A DNA stretch of 64,000 nt from the human T2T-CHM13v2.0 reference genome, Homo sapiens (GCF_009914755.1 NC_060925.1), one strand, 5' to 3'. Shown: positions 1 to 16,225, counted from the first letter of the stretch. Notes: generated from the letters alone by a model not told the origin. Program-made: numbers and translations.

Positions 1-60
1 AGCTCTGCATCTTACTGAGGAGCCACTATGCCTGTGGAGGCCTAAAGACTGCAGTAATCA

Positions 61-1380
<1,320 letters not shown>

Positions 1381-1663
1381 CTCTGCCTGCCCTCTTTAAG
1401 GATTGAGAATTTGTCCTAAACGGGATATTTGTTTTGTTTTGTTTGACAGGCGGAAAAAGAAAGGCTTGAAGAAATCAAGCAACTTGCCCAAATCGTACTG
1501 CTAGGAAAAGACCAGCCTCTTTACACAGGCACACACCCCCTCCTTTTAATACCTTTGGAGATGAATATCTGGCATCTGAGAGGAAATGCTGCATTTTCTA
1601 CCCATGCGCCTCTTTTCTGTTGAATTTACCATCAGCTCCAAAGAACAGCGAGGGTCCCAGCGT

Positions 1664-2184
1664 TGTAGAAGCCCAGACTCAGGCTCGTGTACCCCATGTG
1701 TAGCTGATGCCAAACACTGACATATAGGTGCTTGGAGATAAAAGTTTATTCGATTTGGCCAAAGCGAGAAGGCGGGAGGGCAAGATCTCTCAAATCCGCC
1801 CTAACAAAAAGAAGAAGCAGAGAGTGTTTATGCGGCCAGCGAGTCAGGGAGGGGGAGTTTCAGGGAATCGAGGGAAAAAGTCTGTGTTTCTTCAGTCTCA
1901 GATAATTCCTTGAACAATCAGACTTCTGGGCGACAGAAGCTGGCCTCAAAGTACTTCAAAGGACTTATTCCTCCTGCAAACTTTTTCGTAACCCTGAAGT
2001 TATTATCTCCTCCTGCTTGATAAAGAAACAGTACATCAGCAGTTTATGATTATGTTGTAGGAACAAGGGATATTGGGCAAAAAGAGAGTTGTCAACATGT
2101 GCAAGCAAGGGCCTGATCAGAATTTTCATTATTTCAGTCACTAACAAATGCTGGGGTGCTGAAATCTCAAGGGGCCCACTTACA
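1664..2184 (-). mobile_element. Probable solo ERV LTR, family unassigned
   Basis: TG...CA termini and minus-strand AATAAA (tttatt 1745-1750) near the 3' end. No clean TSD. Confidence 0.55.
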
Positions 2185-2234
2185 CTAGTAGTAAAGTTAG
2201 GCAGAAGCCCGAAAGTTCAAGACCTTTAAAAAAC

Positions 2235-3072
2235 TTTTTATTTACTTATTTTAAAATTTTTAATTTTTGTGGGTACATAGTAGGTGTATACATTTATGGG
2301 GTACATGAGATATTTTGCTACAGGCATACAATGCATAATAGTCATATCAGGGTAAATGGGGTATCCATTGCCTCAAGCATTTATCCTTTGTGTTACAAAC
2401 AATCCAATTATACTTTTAGTTATTTTAAATGTACACTTAAATTATTATTGGCTATAGTCACCCTGTTGTGCTATGAAATACTAGGTCTTATTCTAACTAT
2501 TTTTTGTACCCATTAACCATCCCCACTCCTCCCCTGCAAGTCCCCCCACTACCCTTCCTGGCCTCTGGTAACCATCCCTCTACTCTCTGTCTCCATGAGT
2601 TCAATTGTTTCCATTTAGGCTCCCACAAATAAGTGAGGATGTGTGAAGTTTGTCTTTCTGTGCCTGGCTTATTTCACTTCACGTAATAACCTCCAGTTCC
2701 AACTATGTTGTTGCAAAGACAGACAGGATCCCATTCATTTTTTATGGCTGAATAGTACTCCATTGTGTATATATACCACATTTTCTTTATCCATTCATCT
2801 GATGATGGACACTTAGGTTGCTTCCAAATCTTAGCTGTTGTGAATAGTGCTGCAGTAAACACAGGAGTGCAGACATCTCTCAATATACTGATTTTCTTTC
2901 TTTTAGGGATATACCTAGCTGTGGGATTGCTGGATCATATGGTACCTCTATTTTTAATTTTTTGAGGAACTCCAAATTTTTTTCCAAAGCGGTTATTCTA
3001 ATTTACATTCCCACCAGCAGTGTACAAGGGTTTCCTTTTCCCCACATCCTCACCAACATTTGTTATTGCCCG
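2235..3072 (-). mobile_element. 5'-truncated L1MA-type LINE-1 3' end
   Basis: L1 3'UTR/ORF2 C-terminus (WKQPKCPS..WIKKMWYIYTMEYYSAIK, ORF 2674..2883). TSD tcaagaccttt at 2217-2227 and 3073-3083. Confidence 0.9.
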
Positions 3073-3745
3073 TCAAGACCTTTTAAACTACTGGCCCAGG
3101 AGTCCCTCATATAGACGCACAAAGGGATTGTTAGTCTACTATCAATATCCCATGTACAAATTTGAACTTACCAGTTCAGGACCTGTTAAGACATTAAGCT
3201 TGGGGTCGGCGGTTTCATGAATTTATTGCCCCCGCTGCCCTTCCCTGCTCCATGTAAGGGACATTCCTTTTGCTTCTTCTAAGATGGCCTGTCTCATTCT
3301 CTCACGGGTGCTCCTGATTCTGCTATTCTGGAAACTGGTCAATAAGCTCATAGCACCTGGCCTCCATTCTTTATGACTTTAAGCTTTGGTCACGTCTTTT
3401 TGGAGCAAGTCTTAATCTTTTTGGCCTGGCCTCAAATTTCCACTGTAATTGTTGTTATAAAGACTGTATGGTGGTGTTAGTGCAAGAGTTTGTCATCTTG
3501 TAAAGCTGGCTCTGGCAGACACCTGGCCCTGTGAGGCTGAGTTGTGTAACAGAGGTGAGGTAATTTCCCTCAGCTGCTGTTGGCCAGTCATGTGAGCAGC
3601 CGTGGGCAACAGGTGTGTGAGCCAAAGTCCCACCGCTACTTCCCTTCTCAAAACCAGCCTCCTAATATTCAGCCAACTTCTCAGGCTACACAGTAGGAAT
3701 TGTGTATCAGAAGAAGCAAGATCATCTACTCTGAACAGGAGACTT

Positions 3746-3764
3746 CAGTGCCCTCTGGTGGCCA
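3746..3764 (-). promoter_or_regulatory. CTCF binding motif
   Basis: Minus strand reads TGGCCACCAGAGGGCACTG versus consensus TGGCCACCAGGGGGCGCTA, in non-repeat DNA. Confidence 0.8.
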
Positions 3765-4009
3765 AATGATGTCACACACCCTGATTTCGACATTGGGGTA
3801 AGAAGGATCCTTAATCAAAGTTGGTTTGCTTTATAACAACTGAATTTGGAAGAACTTCAAAATAGATGGAAAACTAAGTGGGAGAAATTCAAAAGGAGGA
3901 AAATTGGGTTCATCATTTTAAAAACAAATGATTAATACAAATAGTTTGAGTACCTGCCAGTTATAAACATTTCATCCCTTACCTGTTAAGGAAAGAATAC
4001 TCTCACATT

Positions 4010-4145
4010 TGGAGTTCTAATCTCAGGTCTGCCACTATCGTGCCATGTGACCATGGGATTTTATCTTACCTTTGGGCCTCAATTTTCTCATCTAAAATGA
4101 GGAGTTGGATTAGATGATATTAATATCTGATGCCTCTTCCAGCCC
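4010..4145 (+). mobile_element. MIR fragment
   Basis: MIR core gggcctcaattttctcatctaaaatgagg. Confidence 0.7.
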
Positions 4146-4169
4146 TATATCTTCTTTTTCTTTGTGGTT

Positions 4170-4530
<361 letters not shown>

Positions 4531-4739
4531 TAAGTTTCACAATGTGAATTTTTTTGCAAAAAGATGAAAAAAATTTATTTATTGCTACATCATTTATTGC
4601 TGGCATACAAAATAGCAATAGACCCTATTACAGCTCCATTACAAAACAGGTGCCTAGAGCTTGGTCTCAGGCATCAGAGCAGGAGAATGAGGTCTACAAA
4701 CCCTCTGGCTTTAAGCACGCCACCTCAGTATCTATCTTT

Positions 4740-5100
4740 GTGTTTGCTGTTCCCTATGCTCAAAATGCTCTTCCCTCAGCTGCTGGCATGGCTACCTCAC
4801 TCCCATTGGGACCTCCACTTAGATGTCACTCCTCAGCAGTGACTCCTAGAGCACTCTTTCCGAGAGGCCTTCCCCAGTTACTCTCCCTCAGCCAACTCTA
4901 TTTCTTTCATAGCAATCATTAATTCATCACAACAAAAATAAATACTATAATAACAGTATTTATTTTTTTAGCTACGTGTTTATTGTCTCCACTGGTAGAA
5001 CGCGAGCTCCGGGAGAGCAGGAATGTTGTCTATCCTGTCCGCCTTCGTATTCCCAATGCTCAGAGTGGGCACTACATAAATATTTATTGAAAGACTACCT
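4740..5100. mobile_element. L2 fragment
   Basis: L2 3'-end-like motifs (cataaatatttattgaa). Confidence 0.55.
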
Positions 5101-5921
5101 GACAGTGAATAATATCTGGCAAAATTCTTTGCACATAGAGCTGTATAAAATGATTAAAAAGTGAGGATGAGTAAATCAGCATAAGCTAACAACCAGGCGC
5201 TCCAGCTTTTGTTTAGCAAATCCTCCTCATTGGGATATTAGGGGAAGCCCTTAGCCAGGAGTGGCTGAAATAATCATCCCAGATCCTGCTGCTTCTCATC
5301 CTGACTTTATGTTTTTATGTGAACAACCTACACTGCTCCCCATCCCCACAGGCCCACTGTGGAATAGTTATCTTTTCCTTATGTCTAGGTTTGATCCTTA
5401 TGAAGAACCCACCCTGCAAACTCCTTCTTTTACATGGTGTTGCCCTTGCTTATTTGTCTAGGTCACCACCGGTTCCTTCTAGGTTAGAAGCAGTGGCTTT
5501 GTCCTTTCCGTCTCCCAGCACCGAGCACAGATCCAGGCATCTAGCAGGTACCCATTACATGTTATTGACAAAAGAATTGTATCAGAACAGTCACACCAAG
5601 GGCAGAGGGTTCTCAGGCTGTCTGCCATAGCTCAGGCTTTAGTCTTTAAAGAATAGAAAACTTCTCTTTTGTGGTATGCATGCTTCAAATAGTAGATAGC
5701 TAGTGAAACAGTGAAGAGAGTTAGCTCTGGAGTTAGCCACTTAAGCATGAGCTTACATAGGATGATACTGAACCACAATTTCCCTGTCATTAAAATCATA
5801 GCTCCTCCTTCACTGGATTTTTATGGGGATTAAATGAGAGAATGCATTTAAAATATCCATTATAGTGCCTGGAACAGAATAGATGCTCAGTAGTTGTTAG
5901 CTATGTGTTAGTAATTGTTAG

Positions 5922-6231
<310 letters not shown>

Positions 6232-6818
6232 TTTTCCCACTATTTCTGTTCCCACTTTCTACTCTAAAAATCTGTAGATTGCTTCATTTAATTTCTCTAT
6301 AGATTTTTCACACTTTTCACTGTGGCCTCTGCAGGAAAAAAAAAAAGCCTCTTGAAAAAAATAACTTTATAAAATGTCTTGAAAGTCCCCAGGCAGCTAT
6401 TGAGGAAGTACTTTCATAGCCCACCCCAGCTTTGAGGGAGAAAATGCCGATGCCTATTATTTTTCATTAAGCAGATAGCCTTTCCCCATGGTTCTTCTCA
6501 CATCCCTTCACTTTAGTCAAATGTTCCGAATTTAAAAGGTAGCAATGAAAACCTGCCCTTTTGCTGACTGCCTTGAGTTTTACATGTTTCTCTTTCATGC
6601 ACGTTTACATTTGGATAACAATTATTTTCCAGACATTTGGGGAACAATTCTTGACTCCTTTCAATCTAGAGGACATGTTTTCCAAATGCCTAATAGTGCT
6701 TGCTACATAGAAAGACATGTTAATATGTATCTTTTGGATTGCATTTGTTTAATCAAAAACACATTAACTAAGCTTTAGAAGAGTAGTCATCCCAGTATTT
6801 CAATATATCTGTAAAATT

Positions 6819-7184
6819 TATTTTTTTAATTTTACTTTAAGTTCCGGGATACATATGCCGAATGTGCAGGTTTGTTACATAGGTATACATGGGCCATGGT
6901 GGTTTGCTGCACCTATCAACCTGCCATCTAGGTTTTAAGCTCCACATGCATTAGGTATTTGTTTTACGCTCTCCCTCCCCTTTACCCCCAACCCGCAACA
7001 GACTTTGGTGTGTGATGTTCCCCTCCCTGTGTCCATGTGTTCTCATTGTTCAACTCCTACTTACGAGTGATAACATGCAGTGTTTGGTTTTCTGTCCTGT
7101 GTTAGTTTGCTGAGACTGATGGCTTCCTGCTGCAAAGGACGTGAACTCATTCTTTTTTATGGCTACATATTATTCCATGGTGTA
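6819..7184 (-). mobile_element. L1PA8-like 3' end, 5'-truncated
   Basis: tctaggttttaagc..catgcattaggtattt motif. TSD tcaatatatc..aa.att at 6800-6818 and 7185-7203. Confidence 0.85.
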
Positions 7185-7932
7185 TCAATATATCAGCAAT
7201 ATTAAACAGGAGAAGAAAGTTACCTGCGAGTCAGAAGAAAATAATTAGATTAGAATTTGCACTAAAATAAGGCCAGCCTTTCACATCATCATCATAGTAA
7301 TTTTAAAAGCACAAATGAAAGAGTGCCTGTAACAAAATATCTGTCCTCTTTGCCTGCCAGATGCCCATAATTCCACTACTTATGCATTTGTACATTAGAT
7401 GTATGCATTTAACAAGTATGCATTGAGTGCCAAACAAGCCCTGGGTGCTGTGATGGGTGATGAGAATTAAAATTATTAATAGACATTGTCCTTAATTTTA
7501 AGAAAAATTTCTGCTTAATTAATTCACAAATAAGCAAAGAGACAAAGTATAATTCGATGTCATTAGTGCAACGTGGAGGGCTATCCACAGGCAAAGGTGC
7601 CAGGGAAGAAGGAGCATAGGCCTGTCTCGAGGGAAGGTTCATATCAGAGGTAATTCTTGAGTTGAAACTTGAAGAACAAATAGAAGCGTGGCAGACAGTG
7701 AGAAGGTGGGACTAGAGAGAAGGAGAGGAAGAGTTTTACACAGAGGAAATAGTAGGTACAGAGGCAAGAAGACATGATGTGTCAGAAAAAGCCATTTTAA
7801 GTTGAAAAGAATGTGAAGAACCAATGCAGGCAGATGAGCATGTTCAGCTGGGTAGGGGAAATATATCATGCCAAGAAGAGATTTTGATTTTGGGAAGCCA
7901 TAGAAAATTCATATGTTAGAAAGATCAATTCA

Positions 7933-8303
7933 GGCATGATGGCTCATGCCTGTAATCCCAGCACTGGGAGGCCAAGGCAGGTGTATCACTTGAGCTCAGG
8001 GGTTCAAGACCAGCCTAGACAAAATGGTGAAATCCCGTCTCTACCAAAAAATACAAAAAAAAATTAGCTGGGCATGGTGGTGCATGCCTGTAGTATCAGC
8101 TACTGGGGAGGCTGAGGTGGGAGGATCCCTTGAGCTCAGAAGGCGGAGGTTGCAGTGAGCCAAGATTGTACCACTGTACTCCAGCCTAGGTGACAGAGTT
8201 AGACCTTGTCTCAACAAAAAAGAAAAAGAAAGGAAGAAAGAAAGAAAAAGAAACAAAGAAAGAAAGAAAGACAGAAAAAGAGAAAGAAAGAGAAAGGAAG
8301 GAA

Positions 8304-8361
<58 letters not shown>

Positions 8362-8385
8362 AAAAGAAAGAAAGAAAGAAAGAAA
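7933..8385 (+). mobile_element. AluJ-like with tail expanded into a (GAAA)n microsatellite (~8220-8385)
   Basis: Alu body followed by ~165 nt of purine-rich repeat. Confidence 0.92.
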
Positions 8386-8876
8386 TATAATTTTATGAAG
8401 ATATCTGTTCTCCCCAAGTTATCCTATTAATTCAGTGACTTCCAACCAAAATCTCCACAGAATTTTTTAAGGGAAACTGATGAACTCATTTTGGAATTTA
8501 TTTGGAATTGTAATCCATGTGGGTAACTAAGATATTTTTGCAAAAGAAAAGCAGTAAGGGGGAAATTGCCCTATAAATATCAATCATACTGTAATCTCTC
8601 CAAGAAATGTGTATGTAACAGTATAACTTAAAGCTTTAAAGCATAATTTTAACAAACATATAACAATACCATTTATAGGATTTAGATTGATTTTTGCTAC
8701 CTTACAGTGTCATGAAAAACAAATATATATGTGTTCATTGACAAAAGCTCATAGGTTAAAACACACTGTACATGACAGTAATTGAGGCAGCTGTAGGAAC
8801 TATGGTAGGAATAGGCAAATTGTTACAGATTGGATTCCTCAGAAGCAGACACTGACAGAGTTTGGCCTGCAGAGCA

Positions 8877-9216
8877 CAGATGGTCCCTGACTTAACAATA
8901 CTTCGACTTAATGATTGCTTGACTTTAAGATGATGCAAAAGTGATGGGCATTCAGTAGAAACCATACTTTGATCACCCACACAACAATTCTGTTTTCACT
9001 TTCAGTACAGTATTCAATAAATTACATGAGATATTCAATCCTTTATTATAGTATTGGCTTTGTGTTAGATGGTTTTGCCCGACTGTAGACTAATGTAAGT
9101 GTTCTGAGCACGTTTAAGGTAGGCAAGTTTAAGTTAAATGCATTTTGACTTATAGTATTTCAAGCTTACGATGGTCTTGTTGGGACATAGCCCCCTCGTA
9201 AGTTGAGGAGCATCTG
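8877..9216 (-). mobile_element. Tigger3/MER7-like DNA transposon inserted in an LTR16-like fragment (~8821-9340)
   Basis: Inverted termini CAGATGGTCCCTGACTTA / TAAGTTGAGGAGCATCTG followed by TA; 340 bp. Confidence 0.8.
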
Positions 9217-9525
9217 TACTTATTAAGGATCAATATCTGTGGGGGAAAAAAAGGGTGGCAGCAGGATTGGGCAGAGAGAGAAGCGAACCTGCAGTGCAGG
9301 CCTGACAAAGCCCCTCTTCCTAAGGAGTTCTGGAGTGTATATGGTCCATCGGAAGTGGGGCAATGGCATGATGACTCATGAGATGCAGATTAAAATCGCA
9401 ATGTGATGTGACTACATACCCACCGGAATAGCTAAAATCCAAGTGTTGGTGAGAATGTGAAACAGTGGGGACTTTCACATACCGCTGGCAGAAATGTGAA
9501 CTGCTGCAGCCAGGTTGGAAACTGA

Positions 9526-9826
<301 letters not shown>

Positions 9827-9899
9827 AGCAGTGTCTATTAAACATATGGCCCAGAAATTCCACTCCCCAGTATATACCCAGCTGAAATACTTGTATATA

Positions 9900-10363
<464 letters not shown>

Positions 10364-12804
10364 TGAAGCAACATGGATGAATCACATAAAGATGATCTTG
10401 AGCAAGAGAAGCCAGCCACAAAACACATGTATGATTCTGCTTATATAAAATTCAAAAGTAGACAAATAATTCTAAGGTCTAAATATGAAAACAACAGTTC
10501 CTTTTGGGAGATAATGACTGGAAGAGAGCATGAGGGGAGCTTCGAGGCTGTTGGCAATGTTCGTTTCTGGAGCTGGGCAGTGCTTACAGAGGTGTGCTCA
10601 CCTTATGAAACAATCATTGAGCTCTACACTTGATTTTTATACTTTTATGTGTCTATGTTTGTGTTGCTCCTTAACAAATTATCCCTAAACTTAGTGACTT
10701 AAATAATGAATATGTATTATTCCATTATTTCTTTGGGTCAGGAATTGAGGTGTGGGTTGACTAAGTAGTTCTGGCTTAAGGTCTGTCATGATAGTCGCAG
10801 TCAAGCTGTTGACTGGAGCCGCAGTCATCTCAGGGCTCCACTGGAGTCTTACAATTTTTTCATAATCTCAGAATGACATTCCGTCATTCAAGGAGAGGAG
10901 ATTAACACAGGACATGATACCAGGGGGTGAGGAAGGCAAGCATATGGGATTGGTGCTGTTATACTACTCCAGTATTCAGAGAGGAGGGGGTAACAAAGAA
11001 GATGGAAGAACACCTACAACTTATATTTACCCTCCAGTCCAGCTTTATAACCTCCCCTGGTCTCATGCCTTAGTCTAGAAGTGGAACATGATGGATAGGG
11101 GAAGGAGGGGCTAAAAAAAACCTCAACAACATGAACTGAAAGTGCATATGTTGGCAGTAATGTTTGGCAATAGTGGAGGTCCAGTTTCGATGATGCCCGG
11201 TGGTTGTAGGCCAGTGCAGAGCTGCAGTATCCGGTGCAACAGTTCCCCATGAAAGTGGCTCATCTGAAGGCTGTGACAACAGAAGAAGGGCCCTGATGCA
11301 GCTGTGCAGGCAGAGGTGGCCCGAGCAGGCAAAGGAGGTTGAGCTCATAAGTGAGACGCCTCTGGTGATAGGAGCGACTTGGAGGAGAAGTAGAGGCCCC
11401 ACCATCATGAGTGGAGACAAGGGTCATCAATATAAAGAGCTACTGTGAATGTGACTCACTTTGTCTCCCAGGCAAACAGAAGCCACTTAAAGCTTTCATT
11501 GAAAGGAAGGAGAAATCATCAGCTAGATAGATAGTGACTATGCTGGAGGTGAGTGAGAAGTTGGCTTTGGTCCAGGTCTCAACTGGGCAGCTGCTGGACT
11601 GAATCCAGACTGGCTGGCCCTTACATTCTCCTTGTTGCTTGTCTACAACCTCCGAGAGTCTTGAGCTGGGTGTGAAAGTCTCCTTCTACCTAAAATGTGG
11701 ATGTGTGATGCAGGGAGGCGTCAGGAGATAGGGAATGCTGGGGCTGTTTTTCCTAAAAGCAAGAAGGAAAATGAAAGCTTAATAATGACAGGTAAGGTTG
11801 AATTGTCACGATAATATGTGGCTTGTATATTGGGAGCTTATGCCATTTACTTCTTGTTCCACATGCATCATTCCTTAAACAAGTGTTTGCTAAATATTTA
11901 ATGTGCATTTATATTTAATGGAAGGGGTTTTTTGTACAGTAGAAAAAGTCACACAACATCATATGCATTAAGACTGATAGTCACAGGTTTTTACATGTGG
12001 GGATGGCTTAATTTTGGAGGTGGTGACCCAAGGCACTGTTAGTGACCTAGATGACCACTAGAATACCAGATACAGTCACAAGAATGAATTCAGAGCCCTT
12101 TAAAAGCTATGCCTAGCAAATTCCATGAAGGGTGTGTGAAAAATAAAAGACCAGAAGGCACTATAGAAAACAATTCTCCTGCTCCTCAAGCAATGATAAA
12201 CGAGATTGCATCATGTCTTTGCTTAAACCCTCCAGTGGCTACTCCTTACACTTACTAGCTACACTGCTTGGCATGGCCTGCAGGGTCTGACCTGGTAGAG
12301 CGGGCCTCTGCATACCTCTCCAACCACACCTCCTGTTCTCAGTCCCCAGCTCCAGCCACATGCCTCTCCTGGCTGCTCCCCAAACATCTCCAATCCCTTC
12401 TGCCTCAGGGGCTTTACACTTGTTCCTCTTTCTGCTAAGAACTTTCTTCTCTGAGCTCTTCATGAGCCAGCTTCTTTCCAAACCCCTTCTCAACTGTTGA
12501 AGATAATTTCATAGAGACCTTCCCTGACTTACCCCATCCAAAATACCCACTTCCAGACACTCCCAGCTCCATTACCCAGTTTTGTTTTTTTCCTAGCACC
12601 CACCACGATTAATCATTATATTACTTAGTTATTTGTCCACCGTCTTCACTAGGATGGAAACTCCATGGGAGGAGAAACTTGTCTGTTTTGTTCAGCTCGG
12701 AATCCCCTGGGCATAGAACAGTGCCTGGGCCACACAGGTGCACAGGCACTGATTGTTAAATGAATTAATATGTGGATGATTAAATTATGAGCCATGTTTT
12801 AAAT

Positions 12805-13003
12805 CGGGGTGTCCACTTTTTTGGCTTCCCTAGGCTGCATTGGAAGAAAAATTGTCTTGGGCCGCTTGTAAAATACACTAATACTAATGATAGCTGATGA
12901 GCTAAAAAAAAAAATCGCAAAAAATTCTCATAATGTTTTAAGAAAGTTTACGAATTTGTGTTGGGCTGCATGCAGCCCACAGGCCACAGGTTGCACAAGC
13001 TTG
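12805..13003 (+). mobile_element. MER30 hAT DNA transposon
   Basis: MER30-like body (tgatagctgatgagctaaaaaa). Perfect 8-bp TSD ttttaaat at 12797-12804 and 13004-13011. Confidence 0.88.
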
Positions 13004-13585
13004 TTTTAAATGTTTTTAGCTATGTTTCCTTCCATAGTTTCTATAACTTGAAGTACAATTTAAGATGATATCACTCTACATTCTTTTACTTCTATCAAAA
13101 GAATATATTCTTTCTATCTATGTGCCCCAGTAAGAAGCCCAAGAATTCTGGGCTGCTCTTCAAGCCATGGGGTCAGTTACGATTGCCTTGTACAAAAATA
13201 AATCATTTGATAACTGGGAAACTGGAGTCTTCTGCAGAGAGGCTGCATTCAGAGCCTGTATGTGGAGCTGTTGAGGATGCACAGGATCTCTTCCAGAAAC
13301 AGGCAGCCTAGAGCCAGATGCAGGTATGGCTGGAAACTTGCCATTGCAAAGTTTTTCAGGGTGCAGGGATGAGAGGATACCCTCTCCCATGGTGTTGTCC
13401 TAAGCTGTGGTCCCTCTGTGCACCTGTGAGTCTGAACCCCAATGTGACAGCTCCTTGGTTACATAAAACTCTCAGCATAATCACCATGGCAAATATTTAT
13501 CAAGCTCTGTGTGCCCAGTACTATTCCAAATACTTTCATGTACTATCTCACTTCATTTTCACATCAACTCTACGACATAATACCA

Positions 13586-14355
13586 CAGGTCCTCAATTTC
13601 ACATCCTCATTTCCAAAATTCAAAAAGCTCTGAAAACAGTCATTTGCCAGCACACCTTCCCTCGGTGAGACTCTTCATGTTTTTTATCCATCCTGTGCTC
13701 CGCAGGTGTTCCTATGTTTCACTGCAGAACTATGAATGTTGTGGAGGAAAAGCAACCGGAACACCATGACCGTAGACTTTAATCCAGACTGCCAGGCAGA
13801 AGCAGTCCCTGAAAGGAGTGTTCTCAAATACCTTGGGGGAGGAGGGAGGGTTTTTGGGTTTGTTGTTTGTTGTTGTTGTTTTTATTGCTGTTATAGGGCC
13901 TTAGCAGGGGGGTCAGCCTTAATTCAGGAAGTTCAGGAATAGTAGGTGAGGGATGGATTTTAGAAGAGAGAGGAATTCTTGCACATCAGCCACCATTGTT
14001 CAGGCAATTTGGATTTCATTAAGAGGGATGAGGAGGAGCAGTTAGGGGCTAAGGTCACGTGTTAGAGTGGGTGGAAGAACAGCTGTGGAGGACGAGGACA
14101 TGCCACAGCCTCAGTGGAAACTTCTTGGTCCTTCGGTGTCTCTCAGTGTATTCGATTGCAGGTACTGCTCCAGACACCACTTTCTCTATTCTAGGAAGTT
14201 TCCCAGGCTGCCTCAAGAAATGTGAAATTCTTTTCTTTTCTGTGTAGTACATAAAATAGATACTTCTGGGCAGCTTCTTACCTTTCTCAGATCTGAAAAT
14301 CCTGAATTCTGAGACACGTTTGGCCCAAGGGTCTTGGGTAAGGGATTACGAGCTC
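13586..14355 (+). mobile_element. Old Tigger-type element (MamRep434-like) inside a MIR, interrupted by an LTR
   Basis: Ends caggtcc..aaaagctctgaaaac and gaattctgagacac..taagggatt. MIR halves on both sides. Confidence 0.55.
13740..14145 (-). mobile_element. Probable solo LTR, family unassigned
   Basis: TG...CA termini, flanks atgt/gtgt, minus-strand ATTAAA at 13778-13783. Confidence 0.5.
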
Positions 14356-16225
14356 TTTTTCTCAGCCCCATCTTACAGCTGAGGAAACTGAAGCCCCTGG
14401 GGGTTACAGACCTTGCTCAAGATCTAGCATTTAGTGAGTAGACTAACAGACATCCTGTTTTCCACAAGTCACTCCCAGGTGCCAGAGAGGCTGGGTCAGA
14501 AGGAATGCATAGCCCCAGGTAGGTGCTGTGCCCAGAGGTGCCCTCCTCACGACCACAGCATCCTGTCCTGGGTGGGAGGTAGAGTCACTGCCCCTCTCCA
14601 GACAGAGGTCAAGGATGAGTAAAAATTCGCCCTGATGTTGCCATGTTTCCTGCTTCTCCAAGAGTTGGTGAAAGAGCCTGTGGTTGTTTTTCTCTCCACT
14701 TTATTTCCTTCCTGATAGACTTTCTTGGCCATTCACAATAATTTGTTTTTATTTTTTCCTTAAGGATGACATAGAATGTTTTTAAAAGCCTGACCCCTTA
14801 TTGAAAGTAAAAAGAAAAATGCCTAAAGAGGGTAACATGCTCTGGCCAGGCCTTCAAGATCTGACAGGAAGACAAGGGCAGCCCCTTCCCACTGCAGGGC
14901 TTCTCTGGCCATGCAGCCATGAGGTCAACTCCCACTAATAAGCACTTTAACCCTCAATAAGCGCTCTCAATACTTCATGGGTAAAGATGGGCAAATGTTT
15001 TTAAAAGCAGACATGTTACAGAAATTTTTAGTAGGCCCCACCTCCAAAAAGCAAACAAAAAAAAAAACACTGCAGGAAGGGCTCCATAAAATGTTTATTT
15101 CACTGCAACCTCTTCGCAGAGCCTAGTTTTGTTCTACAAACAACGCAAACCACCTACATTCTTCACACATAAGCTTATTATGACCCTAAGTTTCATGTGG
15201 ATTTCAAAAATGTGATTTTCTCTTTGGGAGGAGGCAGGTAGAGGTAAATTAACCTCCTTTCTTATTGCTGGCTTAGCTGCCCTGGAGGGCTGTGGGTTAC
15301 GGAGTGACTTCATCAGGAGAACAGAGGGATGCTCGGGAAGAAAGGCTGGAGCAGCTCCTGTCTCAGCCGCACAGGGAAATGGATGCCTGACTTGCTGTAT
15401 TATAATAGCAACGTCTCTGCAGGGAACTCATTTCAATACTTTATATACTGAACTTGCTTAATAAGAGGCTAGCATTTCTCAAAGAAATCAGTTTCAACTA
15501 TGATTTTTTAAATGCTAACCAACTACAAAGTAACCCACAAATATCGGAGGGCTATACTAGTTATTTAAAACTTAGCAGCCTAGAGAGCCCCGTTTCCTTT
15601 AGTTTAGTTGTGTCACTTTTTCCTTTAACATTTAAATGGAAATATTTCATATGCTGGGCTTGGAAACTCAGCATTTCCCCACAGAATAACTGAGGATTCC
15701 CAGGGGTATATGCTGTTCACAATAGTTTTCTGCAAGATTTTTTATCTTGCTGGAAGCTTTCTCTGCTTCTTGTCCTGAATTAACCCAACAAACACTACTT
15801 TGCCTTAATTTCCCTGCAACAAACACTGCTCACCCAAAGCATAGCAGGTTTTTGTTGAAGATTTAGGGGAGGCGTTACATTGCCATGTACCACGGCAGAT
15901 TATTTAAAATTGAATGTTTCAGTCTCTATTCTAGAAAGCTTCCCAGGCTGCCTTAAGAAACTTGAAATTCTTTTCCCTTTAATATGTACAATAATTTTGC
16001 TCAATGTCTTCTCTTAGCACAGCCAACGAGGCATGGCAGTATTTTTCCACAATAAAATGGCTTTCTGAGCATTTTGTTAAATGAAATATATTTCTTCTTT
16101 TAAATAAATTCTAGGGCCCATTTTAAAACTCCCTCTTTCACATTTACAAAATTTCAAAGGGAAACTTTAAGTAGTTACTCAGTATATGCTGATCAAATAA
16201 ATTTCAAGCATACTGCTTAAATTCA

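Noticed and set aside
8190-8430. Lys/Glu/Arg-rich and Phe/Leu/Ser-rich ORFs
   Set aside because: Translations of the (GAAA)n microsatellite.
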